A stretch of DNA of 64,000 nt from Nitrospinaceae bacterium. Lineage in GTDB: Bacteria; Nitrospinota; Nitrospinia; Nitrospinales; Nitrospinaceae. The DNA is taken from NCBI GenBank assembly GCA_965223665.1, contig OZ245011.1, positions 1,984,001-2,048,000 on the forward strand, written 5' to 3'. The notes under the pieces are model-generated. The model was not told where the DNA came from and did not search any database. It saw only the letters and a list, made by a program, of their open reading frames with translations. Both the position numbers and the translations under genes were made by a program. Positions 10,901-18,919 of the stretch are shown here, piece after piece; the stretch's first letter is position 1; every line of letters starts with the position of its first letter.

Positions 10901-11246
10901 TATTTGTTCTCGTTATGGAGAAGGTTATTGCAGTTTAGCAAGACCTATTTGTAAGGTGACAAATAAAATCGAAGATTTGTCTGAAGGAGGTCCTTTTGAT
11001 CCCTTTGATAAACCTAGAAATAGATTTCAATGTATGCGCCAATGCCTCCAAGAAAAAATTGAAAATCGATTATCAAGGGGTATTTGCAATGTAGACCAAG
11101 AAGACATTTCTGGCACTGGCACAGAAATTATTACTGATCATTATGATTGCCATAAAGGTTGTTTAATGAATCCCGAGAACCCATTTAATCCTGATGGGCC
11201 TGATTTGCCAGATCGGGATCCTAGATTACCACCAAGTCCGTTTTAA
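7911..11246 (+). CDS. Teneurin-like YD/Rhs protein, C-terminal part (end of NHL, YD shell, Rhs core, Cys-rich tip)
   Basis: Many YD repeats; core motifs DDLGSPRLV, YDEWG, FGYAGGLYD, GFRDYDPEVGRF..KDPI; NDPINFTDQLGL boundary followed by a 125-aa tip. Confidence 0.9.
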   Translation: MEGTSFSFHSISALTIDKDDNIYFANRAESIGQTIQFRKMNKQGIVTLLNSRSEGCDQGSEAPFTNNEPLGNTCIENWDLAVGPDGNVYSTARHIHKILKYSSSLPEFTAGELALPSEDGTQIFKFDATGRHIETRNALTGATIFTFNYDASGRLIQITDGDGDVTDFVRNTEGDLTKIVAEDGQETLIEYDANGYLNKVTLPETAEIYQMQYTAEGLMTQFTNPRGLSSDIIYNALGQMEKETEAAPDGGFLETIRTDDADGYEVSAKTELNRESIFRVETDVAGNTVRINTDPSGLVTTTTELTDDSVETVTPDGTMVTVTKTPDERFGMLAPLTSLNVDTPGGLSSEIIADRNVTLDGNNNVLTQIDTLTINNRPLTSTFDKNQLKVTNLSPEGRQTENAIDSQGRITKEIVPGFEDRNFTYDASGRLASISQGTGADERLTTFTYNLDGFLESINEPMSRTFSFEYDSNGRVTKQILPGSRDVVINYDLNGNVTSITPPGQLAHLFNYSSVDLEAGYSAPAVVGGGTNSTMVTYNFDKQPVLITRPDSQTISFNYDGGGRLQNTLIPRGTFTYNYSPLTGQLDQITAPDGGTLGFSYDGQLRLSSTWGGPSGSVSGSVSQIYNSDGLVTSRSVNGGNTISFQYDQDLLVTQAGDLTLQYSSNNNMLQGTTLGITNDSLTYNLFGEVSSYTADINSSTVFSMQFIRDKVGRIIKKTETVSGVTHVYDYAYDSADRLLSVSQDGLILNTYTYDLNGNRNNGIYDEQDRLTSMNGIDYTYTANGELLSRTEAGQTTDYDYDVFGNLLSVNLPGGTLIEYVYDGQNRRIGKKVSGTLERAWLYKDGFNPVAELDGSGNLVSRFVYGNRNNIPAYLIKNGTTYRIISDDLGSPRLVIDKDTGTIAQEMHYDEWGNVLTDTNPEFQPFGYAGGLYDPDTNLVQFGFRDYDPEVGRFTNKDPIRFAGQDTNLYGYVLNDPINFTDQLGLYGTNSCGFYDDICSRYGEGYCSLARPICKVTNKIEDLSEGGPFDPFDKPRNRFQCMRQCLQEKIENRLSRGICNVDQEDISGTGTEIITDHYDCHKGCLMNPENPFNPDGPDLPDRDPRLPPSPF

Positions 11247-11248
11247 AA

Positions 11249-11716
11249 ATGCTTTATATTCTTTGCAATAAAATTGTTTATTTATCTCTCCTATTAATTA
11301 ATCTATATTTTTTAGCTTTTGATATAACCAAAGGAAGCTACAAATTCAATGAATACATATTCTTTCTCTCTCCAATTTTAATTGCTCTAAACACATATCA
11401 TCTTGCTTTAGTAATAAAACGAAAATTAAAACCTTGGAATTATAAAGCAGAAATAATAATTTCTCTTTGCCGGATGATAATGATCTTTTTTGCTGGCACG
11501 CCTCTTGTTTTAGCATTTGTAATTTTAAGCCCTGTGGCAAACAGTTTTTGGTTTCCTCTTTTAGATTTATTGGATTTCCTCCTTAAAACATTTCCAAATT
11601 CCAGTTTAAGTCTATTAATTATGTATTCATTAGGATTTTTCTTTTTACTTATTGAGTTTTATAATCTTTATCTATTGCGAAGGAATCGGGATGAACTGAG
11701 AAGAAATTTAGAATAA
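11249..11716 (+). CDS. Membrane protein, candidate immunity protein for the Cys-rich tip
   Basis: AT-rich, about four TM segments, starts 2 bp after the toxin stop codon. Confidence 0.65.
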   Translation: MLYILCNKIVYLSLLLINLYFLAFDITKGSYKFNEYIFFLSPILIALNTYHLALVIKRKLKPWNYKAEIIISLCRMIMIFFAGTPLVLAFVILSPVANSFWFPLLDLLDFLLKTFPNSSLSLLIMYSLGFFFLLIEFYNLYLLRRNRDELRRNLE

Positions 11717-11788
11717 TCACTGCGAACTTAAGGTAAACCCACTTCAAACCCTCTTACGCTAAGCATCTCCGCCACACGGGCGACCACG

Positions 11789-14359
11789 GTGGATGCGAAC
11801 GACGTCCTCACCGCGCAAACCGATACGCTGGACATCAACGGTCGCACGTTCACCAGTGCGTTCACTCGAACCACCGGCGGTACGCCGACAGAGTTTAAGT
11901 TTGTCGACACGTCTCCGGAAACTCGCACCTCGACTTCGTTCATCGACGCGCAGGGGCGCATTGTCGAACAGCAGATTCCGGGAATATTCGATACGGAATT
12001 CAATTACGATTTCCGCGGTAGACTGTCCACCGTCACTCAAGGAACAGGAACTGATGAACGCATAAGCACTATCGAATATTACGATGCAACCGAACCAACC
12101 ATGAAGGGATTCATCAAATCCATCACCGATCCGCTGAATCGCAAAGTTTCTTTTAAGTATGATGCTAATGGTCGGGTTAAAGAACAAACGCTGCCTGATA
12201 TGCGCATTATCAAGTTCGAATATGATCTCAACGGCAACGTGGAAAAAATTATCACTCCCAATCTGGACGAACATGACTTCATGTACACCTCCGTCGATCA
12301 GGAGAATCGGTACGATCCGCCAAACATCGGCTTGACCAAACATCACACGGTATTCGCCTACAACAAGGACAAGCAGCTCGACCTGATCACCCGTCCGGAC
12401 GATGCACAGATCGACCTCGAATACGATACCGGCGGACGGTTGGATAAAATAGAAATTACCAGCACGGGCTGGGACTGTACGGCTCCCTGCGAATTTGTCT
12501 ATGATTACTATCCCAACAACGCAACGACACAGGCAGGAAATCTCCAATCCATCACCACACCCGCGGGAGATAAACTAACCTTTGAATATGACGGGTCCTT
12601 GCTGAAGAAATCTATTTGGGACGGAATCGTTACCAACTCATTAGATATTGAAAAAGTTTACGATAATAACTTTCGTATAAAGTCGCGAACCGTAAACAAC
12701 GGATCGCAAAAAGTGGATTTCATGTATGATAAGGATTCATTACTTATTTCTGCTGAAGCAATCAATGAAAATCGAAAACTCACTTTAGATTACGACAGTG
12801 AAGATCCGAATAATCCCGGAACTTATTTCGAAAACGGTCTCCTGCGTGGAACCACTATGCGGGATGATACAACGGATGACGGAGTTGTAGATAGTTACGT
12901 GTACAACGAGTTCGGCGAAGTAAAAAGTTATAAGGCCGAATACCATCCCGGTGGCGGAGCCCCGGCAACGCCTCTACTCGAAATAGAATATGTCCGCGAT
13001 AAGTTGGGTCGTATTGAGGAAAAAAAGGATATCGTTTTGGGAAACACCAATTCCTCTCCACGGCTTGGGTACGAATACGATCAGGCGGGTCAGCTACACA
13101 TCATCAACGATATCAGCACAACTCCCGGAACCCCAATTGAGCTTAAAAATTATGGTTACGATGACAATGGGAATCGGGAATGGGAGGACGGTGGCCCAAC
13201 TAAAATTGGCATTTATGATAAACAGGACCGGTTAGAAGAATATAACGGGACGACCTATACCTACACTGATAATGGGGAGTTATATACAAAAACGGTTGGA
13301 TCAGATGTCACAACCTACACTTATGATGTTCTTGGAAATTTAACACAAGTAGAATTGCCCAATGGCACCATGATCGATTATATAATCGATGGCCGTAACC
13401 GACGTGTTGGCAAGAAAGTAAATAACACATTAGAAAAAGTTTGGCTTTATAAAGATGGTTTGAACCCAATAGCAGAGTTAGATGGAAATGGCGCGGTAGT
13501 GAAACGGTTTATCTATGCCAGCAAACCTAACGTGCCGGACTTCATGATTATTCCTTCAGGGGTGACCAATGCCGGAACCTACAGAATCATCTCTGACCAT
13601 TTGGGCTCGCCACGGCTTATCATCAACTTAAACGACGGATTACCAGCATCTCAGCTGTATTACGATGAATGGGGGAATATCGATACGATAAAATCGACCA
13701 ATATCGACTTCCAACCATTTGCATTTGCCGGCGGATTGTACGATACTGATACCAAGCTCCTTCGTTTCGGAGCACGGGATTATGACCCAGCCATCGGACG
13801 GTGGACCAGCAAAGATCCAATTCGGCTCAGAGAGGGTCAAAACTTTTACGTTTATAGCCGCAATAACCCTATAAACTTTGTTGATTTTAACGGATTAAAA
13901 ACTACTGTGATCATAGCATATAGTACTTTTGGACCTTTTGGAACATTCGCCGATCATGCTGGAGTTTATGTCGAAAATGGTGGAAACCCAATTTTATATG
14001 ATCCTTCAGGAAGCTATGAAGCCCTAGATCGCAAACAAAATAAACCTTATAGACCTCACGGAGAGGCTTTTTTTAAGGAGGATGAGGTTAATTTACAAGA
14101 TTATATAAATTTTCATAGCAAGGCAGAAGGAACTTCTGTAAAAACATTTACTTTCGATACCACCAAAGAGCAAGAAGAAATATTTGCAAGGAGAATAGAA
14201 AGTTTTGGAAATGCTGGTGGTTTCGGTTGCGCTAAATTTGTCAGTAATGTTTTGACGGGAATAGGCCCATTTAAGGATCTAGGCACTTTTACATTTCCAG
14301 GTTCTTTGGCTAATGAATTAGAAAGAATTAAAAAGCAAATAGAAGAAAAATCGAAATAA
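11789..14359 (+). CDS. Orphan N-terminally truncated YD/Rhs module with a permuted papain-like (His...Cys) tip
   Basis: Aligns to the main protein from about NVLTQIDTLTINNR; Rhs core DHLGSPR, GARDYDPAIGRWTSKDPI, NNPINFVDFNGL; tip contains DHAGVYV...YDP...GCAKFVSNVL; no signal peptide. Confidence 0.85.
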   Translation: MDANDVLTAQTDTLDINGRTFTSAFTRTTGGTPTEFKFVDTSPETRTSTSFIDAQGRIVEQQIPGIFDTEFNYDFRGRLSTVTQGTGTDERISTIEYYDATEPTMKGFIKSITDPLNRKVSFKYDANGRVKEQTLPDMRIIKFEYDLNGNVEKIITPNLDEHDFMYTSVDQENRYDPPNIGLTKHHTVFAYNKDKQLDLITRPDDAQIDLEYDTGGRLDKIEITSTGWDCTAPCEFVYDYYPNNATTQAGNLQSITTPAGDKLTFEYDGSLLKKSIWDGIVTNSLDIEKVYDNNFRIKSRTVNNGSQKVDFMYDKDSLLISAEAINENRKLTLDYDSEDPNNPGTYFENGLLRGTTMRDDTTDDGVVDSYVYNEFGEVKSYKAEYHPGGGAPATPLLEIEYVRDKLGRIEEKKDIVLGNTNSSPRLGYEYDQAGQLHIINDISTTPGTPIELKNYGYDDNGNREWEDGGPTKIGIYDKQDRLEEYNGTTYTYTDNGELYTKTVGSDVTTYTYDVLGNLTQVELPNGTMIDYIIDGRNRRVGKKVNNTLEKVWLYKDGLNPIAELDGNGAVVKRFIYASKPNVPDFMIIPSGVTNAGTYRIISDHLGSPRLIINLNDGLPASQLYYDEWGNIDTIKSTNIDFQPFAFAGGLYDTDTKLLRFGARDYDPAIGRWTSKDPIRLREGQNFYVYSRNNPINFVDFNGLKTTVIIAYSTFGPFGTFADHAGVYVENGGNPILYDPSGSYEALDRKQNKPYRPHGEAFFKEDEVNLQDYINFHSKAEGTSVKTFTFDTTKEQEEIFARRIESFGNAGGFGCAKFVSNVLTGIGPFKDLGTFTFPGSLANELERIKKQIEEKSK

Positions 14360-14363
14360 TCCT

Positions 14364-14816
14364 ATGTCCAATTTATATTTTAACAAAAAAATTTTTTTGC
14401 TATATATGGGGTTTTCGGGATTATCGCATTTGCTTTTGAATGTATTTTTTCCATCCTGGGGACCAGTAGCATTGAATAAAAAGAATATACTCCTTTCACA
14501 CACAGTAATATTTATAATAGTTTTCGGACTTTTTTTTATTTATTGGGTTTTTCCCATCCTTTCAAAAAGGAATTTCAAGCTTGCAGTCTTGACAGGATTA
14601 ATTGTAGGGCATTGTTCTGGAATAATCTCAGGAATTCTAAATAATTTTTATTATTCTTTACGAATAGGCTTAGAACATTTTTTACTCCTACACAAAAATT
14701 TAGAAAGAATATTAGAGGCTTTATTCTTTAATCCCTTTATTTTATTAGGATGGGCTCACGGGCTTTTGATAACAGTTTTTTTTTATTGGACTCGAAAGTA
14801 CTGGCTAAAAAATTAA
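14364..14816 (+). CDS. Membrane immunity candidate (paralog of 15256-15708)
   Basis: Directly after the tip; C-terminus PFILLGWAHGLLITVFFYWTRKYWLK matches the paralog. Confidence 0.7.
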   Translation: MSNLYFNKKIFLLYMGFSGLSHLLLNVFFPSWGPVALNKKNILLSHTVIFIIVFGLFFIYWVFPILSKRNFKLAVLTGLIVGHCSGIISGILNNFYYSLRIGLEHFLLLHKNLERILEALFFNPFILLGWAHGLLITVFFYWTRKYWLKN

Positions 14817-14884
14817 TTAGTTCCAAAATAAATATACCTCTTACCAAAAATAGTTTTCAAACATTCTGCCCATTTCCCTTATGA

Positions 14885-15259
14885 GATTACTCCGCTGTTC
14901 ATGTAGATAACGGTGGCGAGGCTTTCTTATACGACCCCGGTGGAAGTTATATGACCACCGATGAATACGATGAAACGTATAGACCCTCAGGTGAATTTTT
15001 TACAAAAAACGAGGCAAATTTGCAGGACTTTTTGGAATATCTCAGAAAATCCAATTCCTCGGTGAAAACCATTACCTTCGATACTACCCCGGAGGAAGAG
15101 GCTAAAATTGCCGCTAATATAGAAGAATCAGGTAGGACTACAGGTGGATTTTGTGCATTCTCAATTAGTTCTGTTTTAAAGGGCACAGGACCCTTTAAAG
15201 ATCTGGGTACCTTTTTTTCACCTGGTTCATTGGCAGATGAGTTAGAAAAACTTGAGTGA
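14885..15259 (+). pseudogene. Orphan toxin-tip fragment, paralog of the 13898-14359 tip
   Basis: Frame is open from 14885: DYSAVHVDNGGEAFLYDPGGSY...GFCAFSISSVLKGTGPFKDLGTFFSPGSLADELE. No Rhs core upstream. Confidence 0.8.
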
Positions 15260-15708
15260 TGAAAAAAAACCAAAAATTATTCAAAGATTTAACTTTATAT
15301 ATATTTATTAGCAGTATTTCCTTTTATTGCTTTAATTTTTTATTAAAGAACCCAGGGACCAAAAAATTAATTGAGCATAATTTATTTATTCCTTATTACA
15401 TTCAATTTTATATTTTTTTAGGATTATTTCTTATATTTTGGCTCTCAAGAAAATTATCTAAAAAGAATTTTATCATTTTTATTTTATTAGGATGCTTAGG
15501 AGCATATTTTTCATCCATAATTTCTTATTTAATTACCACTGGAGTCTTTTACAGAAATGGTGTAGAGAGTTTGCTGAATACGTTTGATAATTTTAATGCA
15601 ATTTTGGCATTATTTTCATTTATACCATTTTTCCTATTAGGCTGGCTCCACGGTATTTTTATTACAGGTCTTTTTTATTGGACAAAGAAATTTTGGCTTA
15701 AACCATAA
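15256..15708 (+). CDS. Membrane immunity candidate (paralog of 14364-14816)
   Basis: Overlaps the tip stop codon; C-terminus PFFLLGWLHGIFITGLFYWTKKFWLKP. Confidence 0.7.
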   Translation: MMKKNQKLFKDLTLYIFISSISFYCFNFLLKNPGTKKLIEHNLFIPYYIQFYIFLGLFLIFWLSRKLSKKNFIIFILLGCLGAYFSSIISYLITTGVFYRNGVESLLNTFDNFNAILALFSFIPFFLLGWLHGIFITGLFYWTKKFWLKP

Positions 15709-15818
15709 AAATCTCATATACCTCACCCAATTTCTAAATTGACCTTTAAGGTCTACCAGCGCTTTCTGGGCCGTGTGGGAATGGACAACTGCCGCCAGGT
15801 GATTACACTTTAACAGGC

Positions 15819-16052
15819 TTGCCTTTTACTGTACCGCCAAGCCACAAAAATCTAGCTTCCTATTGTGATGCTTTAGGCAATTGCTGGTTCCAACGGATAA
15901 CGCCAGACTTTTCAACTAATAGAACAGGGTTAGGCATTCACCCCGGTGGAAATGTCCCTGGCACAGTGGGGTGTATTGGTTCCACTGATAATGACACAAG
16001 CAGTTTACGCAATGCCCTTACAAAAGATCGAGGCCCTTTGAAAGTGAGGTGA
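15819..16052 (+). pseudogene. Orphan toxin-tip fragment, Tlde1/L,D-transpeptidase-like
   Basis: GLGIHPGGNVPGTVGCIG fits the His...(S/T)xGC(I) signature of L,D-transpeptidase-fold toxins. Confidence 0.6.
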
Positions 16053-16058
16053 ATAAAC

Positions 16059-16589
16059 ATGTTACAGTTCTTTCAAGCTACTTTATGGTTAACAATTTTT
16101 CTTCTGGGTGCTTGTGTTGAATCTCAGAAGAAATTACACCTAAATGAAAAACTTAATCCAGATGTGACAGGTTTTATACAATTGTTGGTAAATCCAGAAA
16201 AACCGACTTTGGCCGAGGCTGCAAAATTTGGTGGCGAATGCGGAGGTGAATCCGAGTTGGAATTTATTTTTGAAGAGTGTCGATCCAAGGGATGGTATAT
16301 TCACTCTCAGTCTTGCGTCAATTTTTCTCGGCAACAGTGCAAGAGGGCTGACCAAGTAATTTCTCTTGAACTTAATTGGCTGAGGGAGCGATTTTCTACG
16401 GTCGGGAAAAGTTATCGTCTAATCAGCATTCACTCGGAGACCGAGGGGTTTAAGCATGATTTGGTCGAAGTGGAAATAGGTATAAATAAATTTTTGCTGT
16501 TCCACAACACTGCTCAAGGCACACCAACAGGTTTACTTGTTGGCGTAACCAAAGTGAATGGTAAAAATTTAAGGGATTTCAGAGAGTAA
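16059..16589 (+). CDS. Lipoprotein, candidate periplasmic immunity protein
   Basis: Lipobox LLGAC; gaggtg RBS; directly follows the Tlde1-like fragment. Confidence 0.65.
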   Translation: MLQFFQATLWLTIFLLGACVESQKKLHLNEKLNPDVTGFIQLLVNPEKPTLAEAAKFGGECGGESELEFIFEECRSKGWYIHSQSCVNFSRQQCKRADQVISLELNWLRERFSTVGKSYRLISIHSETEGFKHDLVEVEIGINKFLLFHNTAQGTPTGLLVGVTKVNGKNLRDFRE

Positions 16590-16704
16590 AAATCCAAAGT
16601 AGGTACAATTTGGGAGCCTTCAACCAACAAAGCAAAGTGATCTTATTTTTAAAGTAATAATATGTGTTCCACCGGTTCATTGCCAGTGGAACAAGTACTT
16701 CACG

Positions 16705-16953
16705 ATGACTAGAATAACTGGAATTTTGGCCTACATTTTTTTATTAATTGGCTCCTTTTTTTGGAATGCTAGCGGACCTAGTTATATAAACTTAATGTGG
16801 GCTTCTATTATTTTTGAAATTATTGCAATAATATTTTTTATTATTTGTTTAAAACAATGTCGTGGCTTTTACAAGAAATTAATTATTTTGGGAATAATCT
16901 TAGCAATGATCCAGTTATTCTTTTCTACCGCACTATTAATAGAACTTTTATAG
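16705..16953 (+). CDS. Small 3-TM protein (orphan immunity candidate)
   Basis: 82-aa hydrophobic AT-rich ORF inside the array. Confidence 0.55.
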   Translation: MTRITGILAYIFLLIGSFFWNASGPSYINLMWASIIFEIIAIIFFIICLKQCRGFYKKLIILGIILAMIQLFFSTALLIELL

Positions 16954-17101
16954 GTGATAAACTTCTTTATTATTTGACCCAAAATTTTCAATAAATTATT
17001 TTTTTAAATTTACTGATCGCCTTTCCTTAACATCCCGCCTAAAGAATATTTTCTAAAATTTTCTTTACAAATCAATTTTTTGTTATGAAATCCCCACTAA
17101 T

Positions 17102-17275
17102 TCTATTGCATTTGATTATGATGATGACGGGTTATTGGAGCTTGCCGGTGGGAAACGTTGGTAAAGAATTCATCCAATGGTTTATTGGATAGCACCACTC
17201 TCGGTGTGGTTAACGATTCATATCTTTACAACGATTTTGGCGAAAAAGAAGATTACGATGCGAGGATCAATACCC
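17102..17275 (+). pseudogene. Degenerate YD/Rhs fragment
   Basis: SIAFDYDDDGLLELAG, frameshift, then ETLVKNSSNGLLDSTTLGVVNDSYLYNDFGE; aligns to ISFQYDQDLLVTQAG...NNMLQGTTLGITNDSLTYNLFGE in the main protein. Confidence 0.75.
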
Positions 17276-17279
17276 CGCT

Positions 17280-17729
17280 TTATTTGGCATTACATTTTGC
17301 GCAGACTCCAAAAAACTCTAACGAGTGCGTGATATCTGAATAACCCATATCGCGAATCATTTGTTCAATTTCAGAGATAAAACAATATTTCACTTTATCT
17401 ATGCTTTTGCACATGCGGCAAATTATGTGGTGGTGATGACTTTCCCTGTCTTTGAATTCATACCGGAGGACTTCGTTACCTAAATAGTGTCTTTCCACAA
17501 GTTTGGAATTTTCGAATTGAACAATGCACCGGTAGACGGTGGCCAAATCGCAAGCGTTATTTCCCAATCCATTATGAATCTCTTCCACTGAAAACGGTCC
17601 GTGATTCTTAAGCAAAAAGCCCAATATATTTTTCCTGGGCTCGGTTACGCTTAAGTTATTTTCCTTAATCAGCTTTTCAGCTTTTTGGATTATTTTTTTA
17701 GAAACGGCTGCCTTCATCATTCCCTTCAT
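17280..17729 (-). CDS. Fur-family regulator, probably Zur-like (copy 1)
   Basis: DLATVYR helix, HHHHIICRMC and C-terminal CAKC; zinc-gene context. Confidence 0.9.
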   Translation of the reverse strand: MKGMMKAAVSKKIIQKAEKLIKENNLSVTEPRKNILGFLLKNHGPFSVEEIHNGLGNNACDLATVYRCIVQFENSKLVERHYLGNEVLRYEFKDRESHHHHIICRMCKSIDKVKYCFISEIEQMIRDMGYSDITHSLEFFGVCAKCNAK

Positions 17730-17774
17730 CCCGGCGATTCAAAGTATTTCAAAAACAAGGACATAAGAATTCCC

Positions 17775-17864
17775 ATGCAATTTTTGCAAAATATTTGCAA
17801 AATATTTGCAAATTAATTCAAACAATACTATTATAGACCTTAGAATTTCGCAAGCTATTCGCAA
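17775..17864. promoter_or_regulatory. Candidate Fur/Zur operator array: TTGCAA hexamers at 11-bp period
   Basis: TTGCAA at 17784, 17795 and 17806; TCGCAA at 17848 and 17859; lies in the divergent fur/merC promoter. Confidence 0.65.
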
Positions 17865-18072
17865 AAATTTTTGGCTATTTATTTTTGAAAAAAGTGAAAA
17901 GTCAAAAAGCTGGAATAAGGGATAACAAGACGACTGAGGGTTGCGCATCACAGTCTCCCCAGGCTTCAGGTCCCAATCCAAACACAACACCTGGGCTCAG
18001 TCTCGAGCCAGGTCTTTTTCCACAGGGAAGGATTTCCTCCACCCGCGGCTAAAAAAACAGGAAACGTATTTC

Positions 18073-18495
18073 ATGAAAACTGCACAAGCGTTAACCGACA
18101 AATTGTCCATAGGCTTATCCGTGATGTGTGTCATCCATTGTCTGGGGCTAACATTCCTGTTGGCATTGCTGCCCAGCATGGCGGCATTGCAACTGGATAA
18201 CGAGGCTTTTCATCTCTGGATGCTTGTGGTGGTGCTCCCCACCAGTTTTTATGCCTTAACCCTGGGATGCAAAGAACACAAACGCTACCGTTTGCTCCTT
18301 TTGGGTTCCATCGGATTAGCACTACTTGTTTTGGCATTAGTTTTGGGTGAAGAACGTATTGGCGAGGCAGGCGAAAAATTACTTACGGTTTTAGGAGCCT
18401 GTTTCGTTGCGGTGGGGCACTGGTTTAATTTTCGTCTGTGTCAGGAGCAAAAAAATAGAGACTGCGCCTGCCCAACCGAAAAGCACGCGACCTAA
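18073..18495 (+). CDS. MerC-domain membrane protein
   Basis: DKLSIGLSVMCVIHC, EAFH and GHWFN motifs; ATG at 18073 preferred over the longer ORF start. Confidence 0.85.
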   Translation: MKTAQALTDKLSIGLSVMCVIHCLGLTFLLALLPSMAALQLDNEAFHLWMLVVVLPTSFYALTLGCKEHKRYRLLLLGSIGLALLVLALVLGEERIGEAGEKLLTVLGACFVAVGHWFNFRLCQEQKNRDCACPTEKHAT

Positions 18496-18497
18496 AA

Positions 18498-18917
18498 ATG
18501 AAACGTGACTATTTCCTTGCCCTGGAGCAACTCAACAACGACAGCTCCCTGCCACTTAACGAAGTCATCGAGAAGCTTGCCTTCAATGAGCAAGGTTTAA
18601 TACCCGTAATCACTCAAGACGTCCAAACCAAAACTCTGCTGATGTTCGCCTGGATGAATAAAGAATCGCTTCAGATAACGCTGGCAACGCAACGCATGAC
18701 TTACTGGTCGCGCAGCCGGCAGCAACTGTGGGTCAAAGGTGAAACCAGCGGCCATGTGCAAAAGCTGGTCTCCATGTCATTCGATTGCGATGGCGACGCT
18801 GTACTCTGCCAGGTGGAACAGCAAGGCGCCCCCTGCCACACCGGCCGGCAATCCTGTTTTTATTTAAACGTCGATGCCGACAACCAAAAGGTTATTGTAA
18901 ACGGCAACCACGCGTAA
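18498..18917 (+). CDS. hisI: Phosphoribosyl-AMP cyclohydrolase
   Basis: GLIPVITQD, YWSRSRQQLWVKGETSGH, DCDGDA and CHTGRQSCF motifs. Confidence 0.95.
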   Translation: MKRDYFLALEQLNNDSSLPLNEVIEKLAFNEQGLIPVITQDVQTKTLLMFAWMNKESLQITLATQRMTYWSRSRQQLWVKGETSGHVQKLVSMSFDCDGDAVLCQVEQQGAPCHTGRQSCFYLNVDADNQKVIVNGNHA

Positions 18918-18919
18918 CC

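Noticed and set aside
11759-12547. 262-aa minus-strand ORF and similar antisense ORFs over the Rhs, oxidase and rtcB genes
   Set aside because: Shadow frames of well-supported genes on the opposite strand.
17925-18000. ZMP/ZTP riboswitch (gacgactgag...cacctgggc resembles its ends)
   Set aside because: The internal GGUGG/CCAC-GGGGAG core and the pseudoknot-forming 3' hairpin are missing; kept only as an unnamed switch candidate.
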